Shown here piece by piece: positions 1 through 8,337 of a DNA stretch of 64,000 bases (the first letter of the stretch is position 1; each line of letters starts with the position of its first letter). The stretch is from IMG/VR virus record IMGVR_UViG_3300040801_004532, positions 184,137 through 248,136 of that record; one strand, given 5' to 3'. The position numbers and the translations under genes were made by a program. The notes under the pieces are model-generated. The model was not told where the DNA came from and made no database searches. It saw only the letters and a program-made list of their open reading frames with translations.

Positions 1-2
1 AA

Positions 3-617
3 TTAAAATACAATTCTGTTGAAGAGTCTGAATTTGATAAAAGCTATCTTGAAAATTATCAAAACAAATTGCATCGTTTAGCCGAAACGGCATCTTCTCT
101 CAACATGGAATTAAAAGAGAGCAACGAACTTGCTGAAATCCTTTTGTTCTGGAAAACCGGATTTTCTCCATCTGGTATCCCATCAATGTTGATTGATGAA
201 GCGATTCCTTTTATGAATGAGAAAATTTCAGAATATTTGGATATGATTACAAACGGAAGATATGTTGTTTCATTTGATACATTAGCTGAAACAAAAGCCG
301 GAGAATTTCGTGATAAGATTTCTGTTCATGTTTTAGATACCTTTACAAGGGCAAATTCAAGAACACAACTTTCAGGCGGTCAAACTAGAATTATTGATAT
401 TGCTACAATTTTGACTCTGGCGGATTTAAATTCAATGATTCAAGATGTCAAAATAAACATCATGCTTTTTGATGAAATCTTTGATAGTTTGGATGATGAA
501 AATGTTGGTTATGTTGCAAAAGTTTTAAATAAGTTAAAAATAGGAAAATCAATTTATATTATTTCACACCAACATCAAGATCATTTGGAGGCTGATGAAA
601 CGCTGAGATTTAACTAA
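3..617 (+). CDS. SbcC/Rad50/T4 gp46-like recombination ATPase, C-terminal part (5' end outside window)
   Basis: ABC signature LSGGQ, Walker B/D-loop LFDEIFDSLD, H-loop IISHQ. The frame is open from position 3, so the track start at 69 is not the real start. Confidence 0.85.
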   Translation, partial: LKYNSVEESEFDKSYLENYQNKLHRLAETASSLNMELKESNELAEILLFWKTGFSPSGIPSMLIDEAIPFMNEKISEYLDMITNGRYVVSFDTLAETKAGEFRDKISVHVLDTFTRANSRTQLSGGQTRIIDIATILTLADLNSMIQDVKINIMLFDEIFDSLDDENVGYVAKVLNKLKIGKSIYIISHQHQDHLEADETLRFN

Positions 618-1000
618 TGAAAATAAAAACAGATTTTGTCACAAATAGTTCATCAACATGCTATATATTTTCATGTAAAAAATATATTCCCAAGGAAGAA
701 TTTGGGTTTAAAAGATTCTTAGCCTTTGATAGCTTTATATGCACAAATAAAAGAGAAGAACTAATTGCATATGCAGATTGTATCCCCGTTAAGAAATGTG
801 ATTGGATAATGTCTGCAATAGGACCATCGAATTTTTATCAACTTTCAGAAAAAGAATTTAGCATGTGTATTGATCTAATAAATGCAGGAAAACACGTAGT
901 TACCGTAAGATTAGATCGTTCACAAGAATATAATATTAACTGTCTTATAGAAAAAATGGAGGAAACAAATTCAGTATTGGTACTCAAGGAGGAACATTGA
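617..1000 (+). CDS. Hypothetical protein of the 'MKIKTDFVTNSSS' N-terminal motif family
   Basis: N-terminus MKIKTDFVTNSSST is the same as that of ORF 39196-39726. Its stop overlaps the radical SAM start. Confidence 0.7.
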   Translation: MKIKTDFVTNSSSTCYIFSCKKYIPKEEFGFKRFLAFDSFICTNKREELIAYADCIPVKKCDWIMSAIGPSNFYQLSEKEFSMCIDLINAGKHVVTVRLDRSQEYNINCLIEKMEETNSVLVLKEEH

Positions 1001-2061
1001 AATCATTAAATACAGCAAAGAGTCCGATAGCAATTGTAAATTGGTTGCTTACAAGAAAATGTAATCTTGAGTGCGACTATTGTGCAATTGTAAAAAATTA
1101 TCCAGACATGCCAAAAAGCTATCCGTTTGTGGGGCATTATTATCAAAATGAAATGTCAACTGAGGTTGTTCTTAAAGCCCTAGAAAAATTTCATAAATAT
1201 AATCCAAATACTTTTCATATCTTTTATGGAGGGGAACCCTTATTAAGAAAAGATTTAGCAACAATAATAAGTTTCTGTAATAACTTGGAGATTCCATATA
1301 CAATAATTAGTAATAACAGCGAAGCTGTGCAGCCTCTAATAGAAAAGCTTTTTGAAGAAGTTGGATTTGTTGAGGGGTTTACAAGCTCTGTTGATCCTAT
1401 TGTCTATACTCAAGAGGATTATGTTGATCCCTCAAGATTACACAAAAGCACTGAAGGATTATCTCGTTTAAAGCATATGAAGAAATGGGCAAATGTTAGG
1501 GACGTGGTTGCTGAAATAACAATTTCACAAGGCATGGAAAATTATTTAATTCCTTTAATTAAAGATTTGAGCGAAAACCAAATTTATAGCGATATTACTT
1601 TCGTTGATATTGCTAAAAATGACTTTTACGATTTTTCAAATGTTAGAGACGAGGAGTTTTTAGTTAAACCAACATTGAAATTAGCAAAGATTTTTCTGGA
1701 GTTACTTGAAAGCGATTATCTAATTCATATGAAAGATCTTCTTCTCCCAGAAATGTTTGATACACTCCCATCAAATTTTGATTGTGATCTTGAAAATCGA
1801 GTCCATAATGTTACAGTTGATGCAGATGGTAGTATGCGCTTATGTCTTAGAATAAAAGGTGAGGTAACTCCAACAATCCATGTTTCAAATTTGTTTGACT
1901 CATCAGGAGCCGTATCAAAAGATTTTTACGATTTAATGTGTGTTGATAAGAGAAGACATTGTGAATTATGCAATCACTCGTGTTTAATGATGAGCAAACA
2001 TATATCCAAAAGACCATCAAAGAAAGATATAATAGATAGTTTATTCCATAGGGAGGACTAA
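997..2061 (+). CDS. Radical SAM protein with C-terminal Cys-containing (SPASM/twitch-like) region
   Basis: CNLECDYC (CxxxCxxC), GGEPLLR motif, C-terminal C261..C and CxxCxxxC. Confidence 0.9.
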   Translation: MKSLNTAKSPIAIVNWLLTRKCNLECDYCAIVKNYPDMPKSYPFVGHYYQNEMSTEVVLKALEKFHKYNPNTFHIFYGGEPLLRKDLATIISFCNNLEIPYTIISNNSEAVQPLIEKLFEEVGFVEGFTSSVDPIVYTQEDYVDPSRLHKSTEGLSRLKHMKKWANVRDVVAEITISQGMENYLIPLIKDLSENQIYSDITFVDIAKNDFYDFSNVRDEEFLVKPTLKLAKIFLELLESDYLIHMKDLLLPEMFDTLPSNFDCDLENRVHNVTVDADGSMRLCLRIKGEVTPTIHVSNLFDSSGAVSKDFYDLMCVDKRRHCELCNHSCLMMSKHISKRPSKKDIIDSLFHRED

Positions 2062-2064
2062 AAG

Positions 2065-2400
2065 ATGCCACAAGCTGACCAAGATGTTATTCGTAGCGCC
2101 ATTGAGTTTTGGGAAAAGGTATATCAGGCGGGAGAAGCAAAGGTAAAATTTACTAAGAAAACAGATGGAACAATCAGAATCATGCGGTTCACTCTTGATT
2201 TTAGCAGGATCCCAAAAAAGCAACATCCAAAAAGTGTAAATATGGCACAGATCCTAAGGTTAATTCAAAAGAGTGGAATTATCCATGTTTATGATTTGGA
2301 CAAAAAAGAGTGGAGATCGGTTCCTTTTAGAAGCGTTGATTGGCTTGAGATCGGAGATGAACGATACAAGATAAGACCATTTAAAAGGGGTGAGAAATGA
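2065..2400 (+). CDS. DUF2693/WYL_2-like SH3-barrel phage protein
   Basis: FTKKTDGTIRIMRFTL and VYDLDKKEWRSV resemble this phage family. Confidence 0.6.
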   Translation: MPQADQDVIRSAIEFWEKVYQAGEAKVKFTKKTDGTIRIMRFTLDFSRIPKKQHPKSVNMAQILRLIQKSGIIHVYDLDKKEWRSVPFRSVDWLEIGDERYKIRPFKRGEK

Positions 2401-2777
2401 CAGTTATAAATGATATTTTGAAAGAAATGAAAACAACAGATCTGACCCAACAGGTCAGACAATTTTGTGATATAATAACAAAAGAAGAAAGAGAAAAATT
2501 TAAAAATCCGGAACTATTACCGAGAGGTGCCAATGTTTTCCTTTCAATTGAAGTACCAGGGAGAAGCGATAAGGAAATCGGTTTTTTAACATTAGAACGT
2601 GAAGGAGAAGAAGACTATTTAATTGTCTATCATACCCTGGAAAAATATAGAGTTTCATCTGATCCAGAGAATATGATACCACCAAGACGAAGAAAAGTAT
2701 GGGCAGTTAATGAAAACAAGGCTGAAAAAATTTTAACCCAGTTTGCTAAAACCGTGAAACTTTTAAGAGGTGAATAA
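2397..2777 (+). CDS. Hypothetical protein
   Basis: ATGA overlap with upstream gene, SD-like GGGTGAG, abuts next gene. Confidence 0.6.
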   Translation: MTVINDILKEMKTTDLTQQVRQFCDIITKEEREKFKNPELLPRGANVFLSIEVPGRSDKEIGFLTLEREGEEDYLIVYHTLEKYRVSSDPENMIPPRRRKVWAVNENKAEKILTQFAKTVKLLRGE

Positions 2778-5351
2778 ATGAAAGATGTTCTGTTAGGTAC
2801 TTCGAATCTAGGAGAAAATCGAGCAGTTGAAGAGATAAGGATTAGCCCAAATTATGCAAATCTGATAATATCAACATTCGAAGGTACAAAGGAGGATGAT
2901 TCTACCCCAGCTATTAAACGAAAAACTATATTCACTAAAGATTATATTTCCAAATTAAATGAGTCAAATAAATTATTTACTGGAAATGTTATGCCTCCGA
3001 ATTGCAGATATATAGAACCAATCAACAGAGGGGTCATTGCAGTTATTGAAGAACCCCCTTCATTTAGGACAATTTTTGTTGATAGAGACCTCCGGGAGGA
3101 ATTTAATGTATTATCAAAACAAGGACGCTTGGATGAATATGAAATACCAAAGAATTTCTTAGAGAAAAACAGACAACCATACTACCTTAATTTAGCAATA
3201 CCTTATACCATCTTTCTTATGTGGATAACGGAATATTTCAGCGTTGGAATAACTGAAGTATATTTTCGTACAAATCAATTGATGGGTCTTTCAGACAACC
3301 TTCTTTTAGCTCCATTTTTAAATATACCAACTGAGCAACGAATTTGCTATCAATCTGGAAATAAATGTATATCCCTAACTGCAGCTATACAACAAGGGAT
3401 TAAGGCCTTTTGGGAATCAACATTTAACTCAGATTATACACACAATTATGAAAGTTATAAAGAAACCCCAGTCGTTGGAAATTATCTTGAATGGCAAGCT
3501 ATGTCTAAAATAAATCCATTGTTTATCTATAACGCAGACTGGCAAGTTAGGCCTTATAATTTAGGTCAAAGAATTAACAATTTAATTGAGCAGGCAGGAG
3601 GAAGGTCAAAAAATAAATTCGGTTATGCAGAACTTGCTGACTTATTTTATTCAAGACTAGATTCAGGCGTTGATATAAAACCTTCTCCAAGATCTAAAAA
3701 TAAATATAGATTGTTTTTTGATATAGCAAATAGTCTATATTTAGATGATATACTTCATATTGAAGTTGGCGATACATTTAAAACACATGATGGAAAGATA
3801 GCATATATTGACTCTCTTGCTGGATTTTCAGATGGGAGCGAAATTAAATATATCCAAATAGATATTAATGGAAAAAAACATCTGATGAAATATACAAAGG
3901 AATGTAAAAAATTCCTTTTTGATAAAGTAAAAGAAGACCGATTTGCCAAAGAATATACGTTATCAAATGGCCAGGTGATTAAGGAAGGTGATATACTTAT
4001 TATAAAACCAACTAAATCTATGGAAATTTTCAGACGAGTTGAATATATAAGAAAAAGCCGTGGCCTTGAAGAAGATGCAGAAATAAGAGTTGGTCGAAAT
4101 TATTACCTTGCATCAAGATTAAAAGCTGAAAAGTTAGATGCTGATGAACCCATATATAAAGGTGTAAAACTAATAAAAGATAAAGAGTATATTATCTCTA
4201 CTGGTGGAGGTGGTATATTTTCTGAGGGTTATAGATGTAAATTTGAAAAACTTGATGCTCACAGAGATTCGTTAGTAGCATCATTTATTCAAAGTGGGGG
4301 ACGAAGACGAACTCTAAACCTGTCGGTTCCAAGACAAACCCAACTAGCTTATCCACTTGATCAAACTAAGCCACTTAAGACAGGAATCTCAAAAATAGGG
4401 AGAAAAGTCTTCACAGTAACTAAAAATGGATCTCATCCAAGCAAAGAAGGAATGTGGCAAGTGGGTCCATCTCTAATATTTGACGGCAGTTATGCAGTAA
4501 ATGCTTTAACTGTTGGGGATTTTATTAAAGAACTATATGATGACGATAAATTTCATATATCCGGGGTAGATTTTGATATTGATTTTGCAATTGGTGAAAA
4601 GGTTGTCGTAGCCAATTGGGAAGACCCCCTTTCTGTTCTATCTGTAAAAACTATTCAGGGGTTTAAGGAAACAGATAATCATTTCGATTTTGTCCTTTCA
4701 GATAAAGCAGGCAATTTAACAACAGAGCAATTTATTGATCCCCAATCAAATATCTATTCTGGCAAAATTAGAAAGGTTACAAATAAATGGGGACGATTAT
4801 CAGTTGGTACAAAAATTATTGCTGATGTACCAGGAATCCCCAACTTTCCGAAGAAGGACGTAAATATTATTGTTGCTTTCATTATTGATATACCAGACGA
4901 ACCGTTAGTATTGTGTTCAAATGGTTGTACGTTATGGTATAACGATGTCGTAGAAAAATTTAAGAAGATAAAGATGGGATCAAAACAATGGGAAAAGCTA
5001 CAACATGTTCCCCTAGATTTATCAAAGATTAAATTTCAGGCAGGGGATGTGGTTAACGGATTCTCTGACTTTAGAGAGTCTGGTGGATACCTTTTATATG
5101 ACCCATCACCAACCAGATCACTGAAAGCAATGCCAATGAATGTTATGCATATTGGAGACGAAGGATATCATTATGTTGCTGATAAATATTTTATGAATGA
5201 TATGATTTTCGATTGTATTCCAGCTCCAAGAGTCGCAACAACTAAAGTTGCCGATTCTGATATAGTTAAGGGATATTTAAATATTAATAGTTACCAGATT
5301 GAAGAAGATGATAGTTCAATATTTTCATTTCTGAAACCAAAGGAGAATTAA
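2778..5351 (+). CDS. Prokaryotic E2 family D (PRTRC protein B-like) domain fused to about 600 aa of beta-rich, possibly SH3/KOW-like, repeats
   Basis: IEEPPSFRTIFV, LAIPYTIF, LLLAPFLNI..ICY and FWESTFNSD resemble Prok-E2_D. Lies directly upstream of JAB and ThiF genes. Confidence 0.65.
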   Translation: MKDVLLGTSNLGENRAVEEIRISPNYANLIISTFEGTKEDDSTPAIKRKTIFTKDYISKLNESNKLFTGNVMPPNCRYIEPINRGVIAVIEEPPSFRTIFVDRDLREEFNVLSKQGRLDEYEIPKNFLEKNRQPYYLNLAIPYTIFLMWITEYFSVGITEVYFRTNQLMGLSDNLLLAPFLNIPTEQRICYQSGNKCISLTAAIQQGIKAFWESTFNSDYTHNYESYKETPVVGNYLEWQAMSKINPLFIYNADWQVRPYNLGQRINNLIEQAGGRSKNKFGYAELADLFYSRLDSGVDIKPSPRSKNKYRLFFDIANSLYLDDILHIEVGDTFKTHDGKIAYIDSLAGFSDGSEIKYIQIDINGKKHLMKYTKECKKFLFDKVKEDRFAKEYTLSNGQVIKEGDILIIKPTKSMEIFRRVEYIRKSRGLEEDAEIRVGRNYYLASRLKAEKLDADEPIYKGVKLIKDKEYIISTGGGGIFSEGYRCKFEKLDAHRDSLVASFIQSGGRRRTLNLSVPRQTQLAYPLDQTKPLKTGISKIGRKVFTVTKNGSHPSKEGMWQVGPSLIFDGSYAVNALTVGDFIKELYDDDKFHISGVDFDIDFAIGEKVVVANWEDPLSVLSVKTIQGFKETDNHFDFVLSDKAGNLTTEQFIDPQSNIYSGKIRKVTNKWGRLSVGTKIIADVPGIPNFPKKDVNIIVAFIIDIPDEPLVLCSNGCTLWYNDVVEKFKKIKMGSKQWEKLQHVPLDLSKIKFQAGDVVNGFSDFRESGGYLLYDPSPTRSLKAMPMNVMHIGDEGYHYVADKYFMNDMIFDCIPAPRVATTKVADSDIVKGYLNINSYQIEEDDSSIFSFLKPKEN

Positions 5352-7057
5352 TGTTTACAGTATTCGTGAATGATGGCACACAGGAAATGCCAGACGATGA
5401 TATTATGTATATTGTTGGGAAAGAGGGTATATTCCTAAAGAAAAAAATGGGAATTATGGAAAGCATTGCTCCCGTTAAAAACATTTCTATTCTAGAGAGT
5501 GTCGGTTCAATGGCGAAAATGCATATTCCGCCCATTCCTGGTCCAACATTTGCAAAGGCGGTTTCCTTTTTCAGAGAAGTTTATAAAGAACATTTTGGAG
5601 AGTCGATTGTTCTTATATTCTTCAATGAAAAAAGTGGAAGATATAAATTATTTCCGCCACATCAAAAGGTTACATCTGCATCATTAGATTACAATAGAGG
5701 CATTACCATCGAAGGATGGACTATGGTTGGAACAATTCATAGTCATGGAGGTATGTCAGCATTCCATTCGGGTGTTGATGATGATGATGAAAAAACATTC
5801 GATGGATTGCATATTACAGTTGGAAATGTAAAAGATGAGGATGTAAGCATCTCTGCATCTATTGTATCCAACGGCTATCGCTTTATGATTGAACCAGAAG
5901 AATATATAAAGCAAGTCAAAAAGACAAAAGAAATTGATGAAGAAAGAACAAGCTATTCAACCAAAGTTTATAAATATGATCCAGTTCAAAAGAAAACTGT
6001 GCTTGATGTAGAGGCAAGCAAAAAAAGAGCCTATAGCTGGAGAAAATATGATAAACGATATAGAGTTATGGTTCCCGAAAGCAAAAGCAAACATCCAGAA
6101 ACATGGATGAACAATGTTGAAAAGGGGACTTATGCCTACAGACGTGGTGGATATTACGGCGGTTATTACGGCAATTATGGGGGATGGGGACATCATTACG
6201 ATAGAAGTGCATGGGGTCAAAGATTCCTGCCTGCCAAAACCCCTACCCAGACAACAAAACCAGGATCACCTCCGTTAAATGTTGGTCCATCGGCCAATGT
6301 AAAACCCGTTGAATTTCCAACTCATGATATACCAGTAGACCCAGATATGCCTTGCCTTACATGCAAGCATAGAGAGTGTAAAATTCTGGGTGAAGCAGAA
6401 GACGAATTTGATGAAGATTTTTATAAATGCGAGAACTGTGGTACCATATACCATGGTGAAATTGATATTTGCGATAAGTGCAATACAGATGATCATTTAA
6501 TTCTTATTGAGGCCAAAGATATGAAAGACCTATATGAGCCTCTTGTTCTTGATGAAATTGACAGAGATGCAGCTATAGCAGCACAACCAGATCAGCTTGG
6601 CTTTACATCATGCCCAGTTTGCAAAAGCGTATTTATGCGATTGGAAACTGATGACGAATGCCCATTTTGTAGTGCAGCGCTTGAAGGAGACAATGAATTA
6701 TTAACAAAACAAGTCGAATGCCCGTGGTGCTATCAAGGGGTATATGAAACAAAATTAGATCATCAACGACGGTGCCCATATTGCCGAAATGAAATCCCTT
6801 TGGATGCCAAACTTTTGACCATAGGATTTGATCCAGATGATGAAATTGAAAATCATATGAGATCTGATTCCGGGCCAGAAGATGAACAATCTGAAGATTT
6901 TCATGAAGAGGTCTTGCGTCAAGCTAAGCAAGCCGACGAATCAATCGAACGAATCCCCGATCCCAGTAAATCTGAAATTCCTATTTCATCCAGATTTACA
7001 GCTAAAAGGATCAAAGATATGATGCGTAAAGCATTTAGGGGGAAAGGTCATGCCTGA
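5351..7057 (+). CDS. JAB/MPN+ metalloprotease (Prok-JAB, PRTRC protein A-like) with Gly/Tyr-rich linker and multiple CxxC zinc ribbons
   Basis: JAMM motif GTIHSHGGMSAFHSGVD (HxH-x7-S-x2-D), DGLHITVG. C-terminal half has CENC/CDKC, CPVC/CPFC and CPWC/CPYC pairs. Confidence 0.85.
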   Translation: MFTVFVNDGTQEMPDDDIMYIVGKEGIFLKKKMGIMESIAPVKNISILESVGSMAKMHIPPIPGPTFAKAVSFFREVYKEHFGESIVLIFFNEKSGRYKLFPPHQKVTSASLDYNRGITIEGWTMVGTIHSHGGMSAFHSGVDDDDEKTFDGLHITVGNVKDEDVSISASIVSNGYRFMIEPEEYIKQVKKTKEIDEERTSYSTKVYKYDPVQKKTVLDVEASKKRAYSWRKYDKRYRVMVPESKSKHPETWMNNVEKGTYAYRRGGYYGGYYGNYGGWGHHYDRSAWGQRFLPAKTPTQTTKPGSPPLNVGPSANVKPVEFPTHDIPVDPDMPCLTCKHRECKILGEAEDEFDEDFYKCENCGTIYHGEIDICDKCNTDDHLILIEAKDMKDLYEPLVLDEIDRDAAIAAQPDQLGFTSCPVCKSVFMRLETDDECPFCSAALEGDNELLTKQVECPWCYQGVYETKLDHQRRCPYCRNEIPLDAKLLTIGFDPDDEIENHMRSDSGPEDEQSEDFHEEVLRQAKQADESIERIPDPSKSEIPISSRFTAKRIKDMMRKAFRGKGHA

Positions 7058-7736
7058 AAACCTAAATATTGTTATAATAGGGCTGGGAGGTATTGGTTCT
7101 GTTTTATCAGAAAGATTAAGTCGATTTCTAAATTATAATAGAGAATTGAAAACAAATATACTATTAGTTGATGGTGATTCATACGAGCCAAAAAATCAAG
7201 ATAGACAAGATTTCCTACAATTCGGAAACAAAGCCGAAATTAAGGCTGATGAATTAGCGATGAAATTTGGCGAGATTGAATTTGATGCCGTTGGTGAATA
7301 TATAAACGACGGCAATATTTCAGAAACAATACGGGATGGAGACATTATCTTCATTTGTGTTGACAATCACAAATCCAGAATGATAATTAACAATTACTGT
7401 AAAACTTTAACCAATGTTATTTTAATTTCTGGTGGGAATGAGCTTACAGATGGAAATGCACAACTTTATGTCAGAGAAGGAGGTGTGGATAAAACTCCCG
7501 ACTTGTGTACATACCATCCAGAGATAGCAAATCCCGACGATAAATTACCCGAAGAAATGTCTTGTGAAGAATTATCCCAGTCAGAGCCACAGTTGTATTT
7601 TACAAATCTAGGAGTGGCTACTCTTATGTGTTGGATGTTTTATAATGCGTTTGTCAATAAAGTATATGATAGATCCGAAGCTTATTTCGATATTCTTACA
7701 ATGTCTGCAGACTCCAAAATCCGAGTTACAAAGTGA
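7050..7736 (+). CDS. ThiF/E1-like adenylating enzyme (PRTRC ThiF-like)
   Basis: IIGLGGIG Rossmann loop, VDGDSYEPKNQDRQ, CVDNHKSR, SGGNE, candidate catalytic Cys in MSCEE, QLYFTN. Confidence 0.9.
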   Translation: MPENLNIVIIGLGGIGSVLSERLSRFLNYNRELKTNILLVDGDSYEPKNQDRQDFLQFGNKAEIKADELAMKFGEIEFDAVGEYINDGNISETIRDGDIIFICVDNHKSRMIINNYCKTLTNVILISGGNELTDGNAQLYVREGGVDKTPDLCTYHPEIANPDDKLPEEMSCEELSQSEPQLYFTNLGVATLMCWMFYNAFVNKVYDRSEAYFDILTMSADSKIRVTK

Positions 7737-7788
7737 ATTGTGAATCTCGGATCAACCAAACTTTTTCTTTCGAAGGGAGAAATGAACA

Positions 7789-8262
7789 ATGGGTGCAACT
7801 TTTACTCGTGATCAACTGGAAGTCAAGACCGCAGTCGAACTGAAACGTATGTGCGTGGACGAGCTGGGAATCCCCGGGATGACCAAAAAGCCGAAGGCCG
7901 TGGTCATCAACGCAATCATGGAAAAATTCGGGACCAGAACCGTGGCCTCCGGCGGCACCATCTCCAAAGATGGTGGCAAAATGACCGGAATGGAATGGCA
8001 GGCCCGAAGTGTCATGACCAAACCGGGTGCTCCTACCGGTGCCAAAACAACCACAACCATCCATGTTTCCTGCGGTGCCTCCGCCGGGAATTTCCCCGTA
8101 GCGGGCCGCAAGGTTTCCGAAGTCGGGGAATTCCTCCGGGAAGTTCTGAACGTGGATCGCCTATCGACCGGCCTGGTCAACGGCCATGAAGTCGACGCCG
8201 GCTATGTCCTGAAACCCGGCGACAATCTCGAGTTCCTCAAACCGGCAGGTAAAAAGGGATAA
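7789..8262 (+). CDS. Ubiquitin-like (beta-grasp) modifier with N-terminal Rho-N/HEH-like helical domain
   Basis: N-terminal LEVKTAVELKRMCVDELGIPGMTKKPKAVVINAI is Rho_N-like. C-terminal IHVSCG..VAGRKVSEV..LNV..LVNG..VLKPGDNLEFLKPAGKKG is beta-grasp-like with a terminal Gly. Confidence 0.8.
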   Translation: MGATFTRDQLEVKTAVELKRMCVDELGIPGMTKKPKAVVINAIMEKFGTRTVASGGTISKDGGKMTGMEWQARSVMTKPGAPTGAKTTTTIHVSCGASAGNFPVAGRKVSEVGEFLREVLNVDRLSTGLVNGHEVDAGYVLKPGDNLEFLKPAGKKG

Positions 8263-8289
8263 ACTGCCATATTAAGCAGTATGTTAGAA

Positions 8290-8309
8290 GGGGGGCCTCC
8301 GGGCCCCCC
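8290..8309 (+). terminator. GC-rich hairpin with UNCG tetraloop after the Ubl gene (attenuator or mRNA stabiliser)
   Basis: GGGGGGCC-TCCG-GGCCCCCC 8-bp stem with only a weak U tract. A second small stem ACTGC..GCAGT lies at 8263-8280. Confidence 0.55.
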
Positions 8310-8337
8310 AATCTTAAAAAAGAGAGGAAATGTATTA

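Noticed and set aside
997-2061. QueE for 7-deazaguanine synthesis together with folE2
   Set aside because: It is longer than typical QueE, has a Cys-rich C-terminus, lacks QueE-type N-terminal motifs that I can recognise, and no queC/queD is in the window.
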